Shown here: positions 20,152-30,381 of the stretch, in pieces
How positions within the stretch are numbered: the first letter of the stretch is position 1
Layout of the letters: every line of letters starts with the position of its first letter
Assembly (NCBI GenBank): GCA_963674695.2
Contig: CAXXGI010000003.1
Location: 992,001-1,056,000 of the forward strand
DNA length: 64,000 nt
Source: a bacterium
GTDB lineage: Bacteria; UBA10199; 2-02-FULL-44-16; JAAZCA01
Reading direction: 5' to 3'
Program-made: the position numbers and the translations under genes
The notes under the pieces: model-generated
The model's database searches: none
Told to the model about the DNA's origin: nothing
Seen by the model: only the letters and a program-made list of their open reading frames with translations

Positions 20152-22227
20152 TCAGTTGTATTCGGTCGCGCCGATATCGGGCGTCGCGTCGCGCGCCGCT
20201 CCGTTCACATCGGTCGTCACACCCTCCACAACGAGCCCCAGATCGCGCACCTGGCCGCGCACCGCTTCCAGGAGCACCCCTGCCCCCAGGTCGATGTCGG
20301 AAAGAGCGAATGTCGCCAGGACGTTCCCCTCGTGTTGAATCGAACCGTCCGCACACCCCGCCGGCGGCGGAGTGCCGTCGGTGCACTCGTTGACAACGCC
20401 CATCGTCTCGCGCGCGTCCGTATCGAAGCGATGGATGAGCGGCATACCATGTCCGCTCGACGTCGCGTTGAAGGCGTTGTTCCGCAACACGGGGAAGCAG
20501 TCGACACAGGTCGAATGCAGCGAGAAGAAGGCGCTGTTCGGGTTATTCCCGTAGAATGCACCGATCGTCCCGACCACCTCCAGGCCGAAGGGGTTGTTGC
20601 GATCGTAGCGCACGCCATGCAGATTTCCGCTGCCACCGGCGAGGAAGATCGAATTATTATAGATGTGCGCACTCGATGCATTCCCGAGTGCAGAGAAAGA
20701 AACCCCCGTCTTGTGTGCCTGATCATCGGCGACCTGTTCCATCGCGATGACGTTGTTGACGATCGAGAGGTCGATCGGCCGCAACTGCGCGGCCACATCG
20801 ACACCGGAGAGCTTCGCGTCGGCGCTCGCGCGCGCGGTGATGGCGAAGCGATTGCGCTGCACGTCGATTATCGCGTTCGGCTGCGGACAGGTGACCTGCA
20901 CGCCGGTGCCCGCCTCGGCAACCCCCTGCAGGATGAACCGGCTATCAGCCAGGGCAACCCCAGCCGCCGCCGCATCGCACGTGATCGAGATTCCCTTGGC
21001 GACGGACCCGCCGTTCGTTTCCATGTCGACATTCGAAAGCGTCACCCCCTGCGCATCCGTCACCTGCACGGCCGCCACGACGGCATTGCCCAGATCGCCG
21101 CCGCCGGAGACGGTCAGATCATCGACGATCACATCGGACCCACCCGAGATGCCGACGCCCTGCAAGAGACGCTCGGCACCGTCCGGGGCGAATGCGACGC
21201 GGCTCGCAGAGCCCACGGTGACGTTCGTGCTGCCCATAACGCCGACGGCCGCATAGCGCTCGCATCGGCCGCTGTTGGCAAACTGCGCACCGCGCACCGC
21301 AACATCCGCACTGTCCTCAACAATGAGATCCACACAGGAGGCACCGCTTCTCCCATCGGTCACAAACCGCACGTCCTCGATCACCACCGCATGAGCGTTC
21401 GACAAGCGAAGCCCACAGGGGGCATTGCCCACGTCTCCGCCCTCGAAGCGCATGCGCTGGAGCGTCACGTTTGAAACGCTCTGCCCCTGCACGGCGCAGG
21501 CACTTCCCTCGGGAGCAGCGAGCGTTGTATCGATTTCGCCCAGGACCGGTTCGCCCGTATCGGTAAAACTGTCCACACCGCCGACGAGCGTCAGTCCATC
21601 GGCGAGCGCCACCCCTTGGGCGTAGCGACCGTTCATTATATAGATCGTCGTAAATCCACGACCGCCCGCAAGTGTGATCGCACGGGCTATCGAGGCCACC
21701 GGATCGAGCCAGGTGCCGCGCCGATCGACGGCATCGCTGCCTGCGGTAGAGACGACGACCGCTTCGAAACCAGCGGTCGGATCGACCTCGGGAGGAGTAA
21801 TGATGGAGAGCACCACGCCATTGACGATGAGGATCTCGACGCGTGCCGGAAGGCTCACGCGATCGTCATCATCGGTAACGGTGAGCGTGAAGACGAGTTC
21901 ATCGGTCGTGTTGGGCACTTCGAAGCGAACGCGCATCTCGCTCTCGTAGGTGAGTTCCACCGCCGTGCCACCAGTCTGCTCCCAGACAAAATTCGTGATG
22001 ACCTCGCCATCGACCGGATGCGAAGCGCTCCCATCCATAATGATGCGCGCGGGGATAACGGTGTCGTCGACTTCCGTCTCGATCATGGCGACCGGCAACA
22101 GAACGGAGATGTCCGTCTCGATCTGGCCGCTGCCGCCGTGACAACCGAAGACAAACCAGGCCATGCCGATCGCCCCCAGCAGAGAGGCCATCCTTACTCC
22201 CCATCGATGCACGCGATGATCCGTCAT
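20152..22227 (-). CDS. lipoprotein with a PKD-like domain and a right-handed beta-helix
   Basis: Lipobox VFGC; DGSAS...WEQTGG...FTLTVTD PKD pattern; GTWLDPVASIARA; C-terminal PDIGATEY. Confidence 0.8.
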   Translation of the reverse strand: MTDHRVHRWGVRMASLLGAIGMAWFVFGCHGGSGQIETDISVLLPVAMIETEVDDTVIPARIIMDGSASHPVDGEVITNFVWEQTGGTAVELTYESEMRVRFEVPNTTDELVFTLTVTDDDDRVSLPARVEILIVNGVVLSIITPPEVDPTAGFEAVVVSTAGSDAVDRRGTWLDPVASIARAITLAGGRGFTTIYIMNGRYAQGVALADGLTLVGGVDSFTDTGEPVLGEIDTTLAAPEGSACAVQGQSVSNVTLQRMRFEGGDVGNAPCGLRLSNAHAVVIEDVRFVTDGRSGASCVDLIVEDSADVAVRGAQFANSGRCERYAAVGVMGSTNVTVGSASRVAFAPDGAERLLQGVGISGGSDVIVDDLTVSGGGDLGNAVVAAVQVTDAQGVTLSNVDMETNGGSVAKGISITCDAAAAGVALADSRFILQGVAEAGTGVQVTCPQPNAIIDVQRNRFAITARASADAKLSGVDVAAQLRPIDLSIVNNVIAMEQVADDQAHKTGVSFSALGNASSAHIYNNSIFLAGGSGNLHGVRYDRNNPFGLEVVGTIGAFYGNNPNSAFFSLHSTCVDCFPVLRNNAFNATSSGHGMPLIHRFDTDARETMGVVNECTDGTPPPAGCADGSIQHEGNVLATFALSDIDLGAGVLLEAVRGQVRDLGLVVEGVTTDVNGAARDATPDIGATEYN

Positions 22228-22438
22228 GAGACCAACTCCTTGCAGACGTTATGCGACGATTACAGTCCGTCGCTCATGACATACTATCGTCACCGACACA
22301 ATAAAGTTGCTCTGTTTTTATGAATAATATCACAGTGTTAGGCTAACATGGCGACCGTGACGAAATGTCACAACGCAATCATCACGGCACGCATTCCCAT
22401 TGCAAAGTGAACGAGTTGCACATAGAGGACATCCCCTC

Positions 22439-25282
22439 ATGCGACACGATGCCATCGTCATCCGCGGCGCGCGGATGCATAACCTCAAAGATATCGACGT
22501 CACGATCCCGAAGAACAAACTCGTGGTCGTGACGGGGCTGTCCGGCTCGGGCAAATCCTCGCTCGCCTTCGACACGGTCTATGCGGAGGGACAGCGGCGC
22601 TATGTCGAATCGCTCTCGGCGTATGCGCGTCAATTCCTCATGCAGATGGACAAGCCCGACGTCGACTCGATCGAGGGTTTGAGCCCCGCCATCTCCATCG
22701 AGCAGCGAACCGCGAGCCGCAATCCGCGCTCGACGGTCGGCACCTCGACCGAAATTTGGGATTACCTGCGCCTGCTCTTCGCACGCGCAGGACAGGTGCA
22801 CTGCCCGGGCTGTGGACGGCTCATCGCCGGACAGAGCGCGTCACAGATCGTCGATCAGGTCATGGGGGATATCCCCGAGGGCAGCCGCATCACCGTGCTG
22901 GCCCCGGTCATCTCGGGTCGCAAGGGCGAACACGTCAAGGAATTGAAACGCCTGACGCGCGAGGGCTTCGTGCGCGCACGTATCGACGGCGCCATCGTCG
23001 AACTGGCATCTCCTCCCGCGCTGGACAAGAAGCGCAAACACGACATCGACCTGATCGTCGACCGTCTCGTCGTCAAACCCAGCGCGCGCCAGCGACTGGC
23101 CGACTCAATCGAAACCGCCCTGAAATTCGGGGATGGAATGGTGAAGATCACCACGGGTCACGACAACGAGTTGCTCTTCTCGGAGAAAAACGCCTGCGCC
23201 TATTGCCACATCAGCATGCCGGAGGTCACCCCGCAGCTCTTCAGCTTCAACTCGCCCAAGGGGGCCTGCCCCGACTGCGATGGCTTAGGCATGCGGCGCT
23301 ACTTCGACGCAGACCTGATTATCCCCAATCATCACCTCTCGCTGCGCGAAGGCGCGATCGCGCCCTGGCAGAAGAAATCACCGACGGCGATGGTGGAGCT
23401 CTTTCAGGCGCTGGCCAAACACTATTCCTTCGACATCCGCACGCCATTTGGAGAACTGCCACAGCGCGCGCGCGAAGTCATCCTGCACGGATCCGGAAGC
23501 GAATCGATTCGATTCTCCTATGACAGCGGCGATGAACGGCGCCAGATCTATAAGCAAGCGTTCGAAGGAGTCATCCCTTTCCTCGAACGACGTCTTCGGG
23601 AGACGAGTTCCGATTACATCCGGTGGGATATCGAACGCTACATGAACATGCGTCCCTGCCCCACCTGCATGGGCACGCGGCTGAAACCCGAGAGCCTCTG
23701 CGTCCTCGTGGGTGGCAAGACCATCGCTGAGATCGCCGCGCTGCCCATCTGCGATTGCGAGCGATTCTTCGCAACCCTCAAGATGACCCGAAAGGAACGG
23801 GCGATCGCCAAGCGCCTGCTCAAGGAGATCCGCGAACGCCTCTCCTTTCTCGCCAAGGTGGGGCTCGACTACCTCACGCTCGATCGCGCCAGCGGCACGC
23901 TCGCCGGCGGCGAAGACCAACGCATACGGCTGGCCACCCAGATCGGTTCGGCACTCACCGGCGTGCTCTATGTCCTCGACGAGCCCTCCATCGGGCTGCA
24001 CCAGCGCGACAACGATCGGCTGCTCGAAACGCTCATGCGCCTGCGCGACCTGGGCAATACGGTGCTCGTGGTCGAACACGACCGCGACACCATGCTCGCA
24101 GCCGACCATATCATCGACCTCGGTCCCGGCGCCGGTATTCACGGAGGCAAGATCGTCGCCTGCGGCACGCCGGATGAGATCATGGCGGATCCCAACTCCA
24201 TCACGGGACAGCACCTCTCGGGAAAGCGTTCGATCGAAACGCCGACACATCGCCGCACGCTGGGAACCGAATGGCTCACCATCGAAGGCGCGACCGAACA
24301 CAACCTGAAAAACATCGATGTCGCCTTTCCCCTCGGGTGTTTCATCGCCATCACGGGGGTATCCGGTTCCGGAAAATCGACGCTCGTGAGCGACACGCTG
24401 CTGGCCGGACTCAAGCAACGCCTGCTCAAATCGAAGATCCAGGCCGGCGCTATGCGCGACATGAAGGGGTTCGATCGCATCCGCAAGGTGATCGACATCG
24501 ATCAGAACCCGATCGGGCGCACGCCGCGCTCGAACCCTGCCACCTATACGGGAATCTTCACGCCGATTCGCCAGCTCTTCGCCGAGCTTCCTGAATCGCG
24601 CGCGCGCGGCTACAAGCCGGGACGGTTCTCCTTCAACGTGAAAGGCGGTCGGTGTGAAGCCTGCGAAGGCGATGGCATCATCAAGATCGAGATGCACTTT
24701 CTGCCCGACGTCTACGTCGAGTGCGAAGTCTGTGAGGGAAAACGCTTCAACCGCGAGACCCTCGACATTCACTATAAAGGCGCCTCGATCTCCGATGTGC
24801 TCCACATGACGATCAATCAGGCACACCGCTTCTTCGAAAACGTCCCCGCCGTTGCCAACAAACTCGAGACGCTCATTGAGGTGGGGCTGGGCTATATCGA
24901 GTTGGGACAGGCGGCCACCACCCTCTCGGGCGGTGAAGCGCAACGCATCAAGTTGTCACGCGAGCTCTCCCGCCGCCCGGCGATCCCCGTCGAAGAGGGG
25001 GGCAGCGGACGCACGCTCTATATCCTGGATGAACCGACCACGGGCCTGCACTTCGAGGATATTCAAAAACTGCTCGACGTCCTCGACCGCCTGGTCGACG
25101 CGGGCAACACCGTGATCGTCATCGAGCACAACCTCGATGTCATCAAACACGCCGACCACTGCATCGACCTCGGTCCCGAGGGGGGCGCGGCCGGCGGCGA
25201 AATCGTCGCCATCGGAACGCCCGAGGAGCTGGCCCGGCACAAGACATCCTTCACCGGAAAATATCTGAAGGATGTGTTGTAG
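22439..25282 (+). CDS. uvrA: excinuclease ABC subunit A
   Basis: Two Walker A motifs ([16 protein letters not shown]), zinc fingers, [16 protein letters not shown]. Confidence 0.98.
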   Translation: MRHDAIVIRGARMHNLKDIDVTIPKNKLVVVTGLSGSGKSSLAFDTVYAEGQRRYVESLSAYARQFLMQMDKPDVDSIEGLSPAISIEQRTASRNPRSTVGTSTEIWDYLRLLFARAGQVHCPGCGRLIAGQSASQIVDQVMGDIPEGSRITVLAPVISGRKGEHVKELKRLTREGFVRARIDGAIVELASPPALDKKRKHDIDLIVDRLVVKPSARQRLADSIETALKFGDGMVKITTGHDNELLFSEKNACAYCHISMPEVTPQLFSFNSPKGACPDCDGLGMRRYFDADLIIPNHHLSLREGAIAPWQKKSPTAMVELFQALAKHYSFDIRTPFGELPQRAREVILHGSGSESIRFSYDSGDERRQIYKQAFEGVIPFLERRLRETSSDYIRWDIERYMNMRPCPTCMGTRLKPESLCVLVGGKTIAEIAALPICDCERFFATLKMTRKERAIAKRLLKEIRERLSFLAKVGLDYLTLDRASGTLAGGEDQRIRLATQIGSALTGVLYVLDEPSIGLHQRDNDRLLETLMRLRDLGNTVLVVEHDRDTMLAADHIIDLGPGAGIHGGKIVACGTPDEIMADPNSITGQHLSGKRSIETPTHRRTLGTEWLTIEGATEHNLKNIDVAFPLGCFIAITGVSGSGKSTLVSDTLLAGLKQRLLKSKIQAGAMRDMKGFDRIRKVIDIDQNPIGRTPRSNPATYTGIFTPIRQLFAELPESRARGYKPGRFSFNVKGGRCEACEGDGIIKIEMHFLPDVYVECEVCEGKRFNRETLDIHYKGASISDVLHMTINQAHRFFENVPAVANKLETLIEVGLGYIELGQAATTLSGGEAQRIKLSRELSRRPAIPVEEGGSGRTLYILDEPTTGLHFEDIQKLLDVLDRLVDAGNTVIVIEHNLDVIKHADHCIDLGPEGGAAGGEIVAIGTPEELARHKTSFTGKYLKDVL

Positions 25283-25306
25283 ACTGATCTCCATCCATCA
25301 TGAGCT

Positions 25307-25364
25307 GCCGCGAGGGGAAACCTTGTACGTCTGGAACAAGCTTCATCTCAGCGTGATGACAAGG
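25307..25364. repeat. partial or variant copy of the ~90-nt hairpin element
   Basis: gccgcgaggggaaa...cgtctggaacaagcttcatct shared with 37913 and 55339. Confidence 0.75.
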
Positions 25365-25375
25365 CCTTGTTTTTT

Positions 25376-25471
25376 GTCATCCCCGTGAAAACGGGGATCT
25401 CGACCTCCTGTAACAAGCGAGATTCCCGCTGGAGCCTGCCCCCGAACGATTGAATCGGGGGCGGGAATGAC
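25376..25471. repeat. REP-like element copy 3, with the ~31-nt insert (reverse complement) in the right hairpin
   Basis: gtcatccccgtgaaaacggggatctcg...cgagattcccgct[ggagcctgcccccgaacgattgaatcggggg]cgggaatgac. Confidence 0.85.
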
Positions 25472-25603
25472 AAGCTCCAATTTTCGATAAAGCTCATCCG
25501 AAACTCACTTTTTGAAACACCAATCGCCATTTAACCGTTGGATTTTTTCCCTCGTTTCCCCTATGCTGCCTCCCACACCATCATTATATGGGAGGATTTC
25601 ATC

Positions 25604-26677
25604 ATGGCTCTGCGCCGCTTCTTCTTCGCCCTCTTGTCGCTGACCCTGCTCGTCCCCGCCATGGCCGTCTCTGCACCGACCGAAGCCCGGGATGAGTCAA
25701 GCCCTTCGACCTCGGCGCTGCAGCGCCGCCAATTCGATGCGCAGGCAACGCTCGCGACGAACCTGCCGATGTCGATCACGATCATCGCCACGACCGCAGG
25801 CGAGGGGCAGGCGCATGCGGCCATGTCCTCGGCGATCACGCGCGCGGCCGCCCTTGCGGGAGAACTCATCGGGCCGGGGGGGTTGCAGGAGAAACTCAAC
25901 CAGATCGGCGCGGGCAAGAGCATCGCGCTCTCGCCGGATGCCTTCGCCTTCTTTAAAAAAGCAAAACTGCTGGCGGCACAGACCAACGGCTGGTTCGACA
26001 TCGCCGCCCCTTCCCCTCGCGGATGGTTTGTGCAGCGCGACTGGCGTCGCATCCATCTCAACCCAATCGATCGCACCGTGAGTCTCAAGAGCTCCGACAT
26101 GCGCTTCGATCTCACGCGGTTTGCGGAAGGCTTCTTGACCGACATCGCCCTCGATGCGCTGCGTTCACACGGCATTACGAACGCGCAGGTCATGATCGGG
26201 TGGGCACAGCGCAACATCGGCAACGATATCTTCACGCCCTGGACGGTGCGCATCGACTTCGGCGCACAGGGCGAAGCGAAGTTCGCCTCACGAGCACTGA
26301 GCTATTCGCTGCCGAACGTGGCGACCGCGACGGTCACCCCCAGCGGTTTGGGGCGCGATCTCATCGATGCCCATAATCGCAAACCGATCCTGAACAGCGA
26401 TGTCCGAAGCGTGACCACCATCGCCGCCGATGCGGCATCCGCCGTTGCCAACGGCATCGCCGTCTATACCCTCGGAGCCAAGAACGGCGTCAAATACCTC
26501 ATCTCCCATGCCTCGGTGAAGGGAATCGTCGTCGCGGGTGACGGCGCCCTCTATGCCTCCGCGGGACTCGACGCTGCTACGGCCAAACGAGCCTCATCGG
26601 AAAAGCCACGCATCAGCGGGGATGGAGGATCGAATGACCTCCGCCAGAAGGAGCGCGAAGAATCGGAGGGGCTCTAA
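25604..26677 (+). CDS. ApbE-like (FAD:protein FMN transferase fold) exported protein with degenerate motifs
   Basis: Signal peptide; TNGWFDI, FDLTRFAEGFLTD, SVTTIA align with ApbE; GGAGG RBS. Confidence 0.72.
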   Translation: MALRRFFFALLSLTLLVPAMAVSAPTEARDESSPSTSALQRRQFDAQATLATNLPMSITIIATTAGEGQAHAAMSSAITRAAALAGELIGPGGLQEKLNQIGAGKSIALSPDAFAFFKKAKLLAAQTNGWFDIAAPSPRGWFVQRDWRRIHLNPIDRTVSLKSSDMRFDLTRFAEGFLTDIALDALRSHGITNAQVMIGWAQRNIGNDIFTPWTVRIDFGAQGEAKFASRALSYSLPNVATATVTPSGLGRDLIDAHNRKPILNSDVRSVTTIAADAASAVANGIAVYTLGAKNGVKYLISHASVKGIVVAGDGALYASAGLDAATAKRASSEKPRISGDGGSNDLRQKEREESEGL

Positions 26678-26681
26678 TCCC

Positions 26682-27554
26682 ATGCGCCTTCTTTCGATTG
26701 TCATTTGCATCATCACCCTCGCGCTGAGCGCACCCGCATTTGCGCAGGGCGTGCAGATCTTTCAACGCCAAACCACCATCGGTGGCCACCAAGCGGCCCT
26801 GCTCATCGTCGGCTGGCAGAAGGACGCTGCCGCCGTCCAGAAGCTCTTCGACCTGGTCGTGCAACAGGGCGCCGCATCATATGCGCGCCTGGACTGGCGC
26901 AATCCCGCCAGCGAAGTGGCCCGCATCAACGCAGCCGCAGGCACGGATGCGATACGCGTTTCTAAGGACGTGCGCGCGGCGTTCGAAGCGGCGGAAAAAG
27001 TTTCAAGTTGGACCAAGGGCGCATTTGACATCGTCTCCGGCGGCAGTTGGAAAGACCTGAAGGTAGGCGGCAGCGTGAAGCTCAAGCGCGCCGGCGCACA
27101 GGTTCGATTCGATCCGATCATCGAAGGATTTTTGGCCGACCTGATGCTCACGCTCATCTACAATTCCAACATGCAAAATGCGATGGTGAAGGTCGGAAAC
27201 ATCTTTCGCGGAACCGGGCAAAGCATTCGGGGCCCGTGGAAGATTCAGGTTCAGGACGATGAGGGAACTTTTGCGCGCCATGCCATCAACCTGATCGTGC
27301 GCAACACGGGGGTCGCCACCGTGAGCGCCAGCCAGTTTCGCGCCCAAGGGCTCATCGATCCCAGGTCGGGAAGACCCATCGCCCCGCCCTGCAAGGGCGT
27401 GGTCGTGGTCAGCACCAGCGCGGCGCTCGCCCAGGGTTTGGCCCGCGGCATCTTCGTCCTCGGGCCACAAAAAGGTATGGAGCTTCTCAAAAGCCACGCC
27501 CGCGGCATGATCGTCGATAACGCCGGCAAGTTCCTCCGCTCACCTGGGTTTTAA
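26682..27554 (+). CDS. second ApbE-like exported protein with degenerate motifs
   Basis: Signal peptide; SEVARINAAAG, GAFDI, IDPRSGRP. Confidence 0.78.
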   Translation: MRLLSIVICIITLALSAPAFAQGVQIFQRQTTIGGHQAALLIVGWQKDAAAVQKLFDLVVQQGAASYARLDWRNPASEVARINAAAGTDAIRVSKDVRAAFEAAEKVSSWTKGAFDIVSGGSWKDLKVGGSVKLKRAGAQVRFDPIIEGFLADLMLTLIYNSNMQNAMVKVGNIFRGTGQSIRGPWKIQVQDDEGTFARHAINLIVRNTGVATVSASQFRAQGLIDPRSGRPIAPPCKGVVVVSTSAALAQGLARGIFVLGPQKGMELLKSHARGMIVDNAGKFLRSPGF

Positions 27555-27565
27555 TGCCGTACGTT

Positions 27566-27678
27566 GGTTCGTCGGTTCGATAGTTCGACGGTTCGTCGGT
27601 TACGGCAGTTCAACTACATGTTATAGCGATCAAGATCGATCGAACCATCGAACCATCGAACCATCGAACCATCGAACC
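27566..27678. repeat. 8-mer tract RGTTCGWY x4, then reverse complement ATCGAACC x5
   Basis: Direct reading; head-to-head arrangement. Confidence 0.9.
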
Positions 27679-27681
27679 AAC

Positions 27682-28236
27682 ATGAACAATTACCACACGC
27701 TCTTGAATAAAGTAGACCACTTCGTCGCTGAGATCCGTGCACGGCATCCGGAATCGTTCGTGTGCGCACCCGGATGTGCCGAGTGTTGTGTAGCGGGCAT
27801 CACCGTCTGGCGCATCGAGTTCGAGTCTGTGCGTCTCGCGTCTCGCGATGCGCGTCTGACGAAAGCCCCTCCTTCCCGCTGCCCCCTCCTCGACTCCGAT
27901 GGTCGCTGCACCATCTATGACGCGCGTCCCATCGTCTGCCGCCTCTGGGGCGCGCCGCTCCTCTTCCCCTCCGACATCGACCGGAACGACAACACGTCGC
28001 TGCACCATGCAAACGAAACCCGCCTCGATTCGGATGATGCCACACTCACCTGCTGCCGCCTCAACTTCACCGAACCGCCGACGCTCGCCCAACTGCTCCC
28101 CTCCGACCTCATCAACGTCGAGACGGTGCTCACGACACTGGCGGCGATCAACCACGTCTACTGTCGGAAAAAGGGATTCGATCCGAACGAACGCCTCGCG
28201 CTGAACGCCCTCGATGCAGCTCCATTCCCATCCTGA
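27682..28236 (+). CDS. YkgJ-family cysteine cluster protein
   Basis: CAPGCAECC, CPLL, CTIYDARPIVCR. Confidence 0.85.
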   Translation: MNNYHTLLNKVDHFVAEIRARHPESFVCAPGCAECCVAGITVWRIEFESVRLASRDARLTKAPPSRCPLLDSDGRCTIYDARPIVCRLWGAPLLFPSDIDRNDNTSLHHANETRLDSDDATLTCCRLNFTEPPTLAQLLPSDLINVETVLTTLAAINHVYCRKKGFDPNERLALNALDAAPFPS

Positions 28237-28354
28237 TGCCAGCTTTTTGACGAAGACGGGTTTTTCTCCACCCTGGCGTCTTTTCTACCTGACAGCCAAG
28301 CAGAATTATACCAATAAAATCAATGGCGTATACCACACCCCACTTTGCATTTTC

Positions 28355-28370
28355 TGGCATGATCCTTGCT
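28355..28370 (+). promoter_or_regulatory. sigma54 promoter candidate
   Basis: TGGCAT-GATCC-TTGCT, GG-N10-GC spacing, 28 nt before ATG 28399. Confidence 0.6.
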
Positions 28371-28398
28371 CTCTCAAGGGGTGAAAGAGGGGGCATTC

Positions 28399-30366
28399 AT
28401 GCGCCGTCGCATCACCCAGATTGGAATTCCCATCGTCGCCGCCCTGGCGCTTTGCGCCTGTTCGGCTGGCATCGTCGCGCCGACGAGTTCGACGACGACC
28501 ATCACCACGCTCCCGACGATCGCCTCGACGGGTCTGGTCTTCCCCGATGGCAGCACGAAGGCTATGAGCACCACGCCGCTGCCGCGCATGACCGGTATCG
28601 CGCTGAACTTCGCCGATTGCATCGATATCGACGATGAGGCGCTGGCCGAGCGCATGGCGGGCGTGACCGTCGTCGATGTGGATGGCGCAGCGTTTCCGTT
28701 CACCTATGTCGTCGGCACATGCGACGAAGCCTCCGGGATCCTCACGGTAACCGCAACGCCAATCGCCCCGCTCGATTATGACGGCACCTATTCGATCCTC
28801 GTCGACGGCGAAGCATTGGCCAGCGTCGCCAAGGCCGCGGGGGATATCGACGACAGCTTCTCCGTCCAGGCCGAATATGATCACGATGGCGACGGCAATC
28901 CCGACTTCGGTGCGTTCGCCCGCCTCGAAGGGGCCAACCCGATCGCCGCTGCCCAACACGACGAGCTCTTCGCCACCGACGGTGGTATGCCAATCGTCCA
29001 GATCTATAGCGGCGCAGATGAATCGGAACTAGCCACCTTTCGCGGACGGCTGCCCTGGTCGTCGACCAACAACAACGGCTTCGGACACAGCTATGTCCAG
29101 GCCGATTTCAATGCCGATGGCTATGATGATATCGCCATCTCCAATACCATCCTGGGTCGCATCTCGATCTTTTTCGGAACCGGAGTTGCCGAGGATCGCA
29201 ACGAACTGGAAGCCGACATCAAGGTCGTCTACCACCCCGGCATCCCCTATGACCAGGTCCTGGAGGAGCAACTCACCCTCTATTTCGGCAAGATGATGGC
29301 AGCTGGCTTCATCGATCAAGATGGCTATGCGGATCTGGTCGTCGCCGCAACGGTGGATGGCGATACCGACCGACTCTACTTTATCTCTGGAGCAACGCTC
29401 CTGCAGGAAGGCATCGAGCGACAGGCCGTCCCCGACTATGCCACCTCCGTCGACGTCGACACGCTCGTCGCCCTGGAGGTCGCCGACTGGTCGCTGGCCG
29501 CGAGCGCGGAGACATCGATCAACGCCATGATTGCCGTCGACGGCGAGATGCCTTCGGTGGCCCTGCAAGGCGCGGTGGCGGTCTCGGCAAGTTCCCTGGA
29601 GATCTTCGGCATCGACGGCACCCAGCGCGCCGTCCAAACGTTCGACACAACGCAGCGTGATGTCGTCGTCCTCAACATCGGACAGATGGGCGTCCTGGGC
29701 GAAGACGGCACCATCACCATATTCGACAGCAACCCGACGCTCCAACTGATCGACCAGTATGAACAGCCGGGAGCACTCACTATCGAACGCGACAACGAGG
29801 ACAACATCTTCGTCCTCACCGCGGAGGCGGAGAACAGCTTCGGCCTCGGCTATGTCTGCCGGTTGTTCACGACCGACCGAAACTGCCAGCGTATCGAAGG
29901 TGGATTCACCGGCGCCGACTTTCGCGCGCTGAACAAGAAGGGCGGAAAGAGAATCATCATCGCGATGAGCATGGAGGGTTCATCCATCTGGGAGGACGGC
30001 GAAACGACGGATCTCGACGGCATTTTCGGCGGCAACGGTTCACAGGGAAGGAAGATCGCGAAGGACTATGACGGCTGTTTCGATGCCGAGGGCAACCACG
30101 CCGACGACTACGACGCATGTGTCGCCGCCTGCGTGACGGATCGCACCACCTGTCTGGCCGTGGGCGTCAGCAGCGAGCGGATGTGTTATCTGAGCTACGG
30201 CGAGTGCATGCTGGGCAACACCTGCGCTAGCTGCATCTCACGAAACGGATCGACCATCGGCACGCTCGATCAGTATCCCTACTTCAGCAATTGGGATGCC
30301 ATCTGCGGCATCACGGCCGGATCGGAACACCAGGTCTGCCCGGCCTATGCCGAGGCGGTGGAATAA
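28399..30366 (+). CDS. surface lipoprotein with Ig-like, FG-GAP-like and Cys-rich regions
   Basis: Lipobox LCAC; DFNADGYDDIAI and IDQDGYADLVV FG-GAP motifs; Cys-rich tail. Confidence 0.8.
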   Translation: MRRRITQIGIPIVAALALCACSAGIVAPTSSTTTITTLPTIASTGLVFPDGSTKAMSTTPLPRMTGIALNFADCIDIDDEALAERMAGVTVVDVDGAAFPFTYVVGTCDEASGILTVTATPIAPLDYDGTYSILVDGEALASVAKAAGDIDDSFSVQAEYDHDGDGNPDFGAFARLEGANPIAAAQHDELFATDGGMPIVQIYSGADESELATFRGRLPWSSTNNNGFGHSYVQADFNADGYDDIAISNTILGRISIFFGTGVAEDRNELEADIKVVYHPGIPYDQVLEEQLTLYFGKMMAAGFIDQDGYADLVVAATVDGDTDRLYFISGATLLQEGIERQAVPDYATSVDVDTLVALEVADWSLAASAETSINAMIAVDGEMPSVALQGAVAVSASSLEIFGIDGTQRAVQTFDTTQRDVVVLNIGQMGVLGEDGTITIFDSNPTLQLIDQYEQPGALTIERDNEDNIFVLTAEAENSFGLGYVCRLFTTDRNCQRIEGGFTGADFRALNKKGGKRIIIAMSMEGSSIWEDGETTDLDGIFGGNGSQGRKIAKDYDGCFDAEGNHADDYDACVAACVTDRTTCLAVGVSSERMCYLSYGECMLGNTCASCISRNGSTIGTLDQYPYFSNWDAICGITAGSEHQVCPAYAEAVE

Positions 30367-30381
30367 ATCGGAGGGAGAAGG

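Noticed and set aside
22336-22371. Short palindromes (tgttag-g-ctaaca, gtgac-N5-gtcac) upstream of uvrA as an SOS box
   Set aside because: Too short, single occurrence, and no match to a LexA consensus I can name
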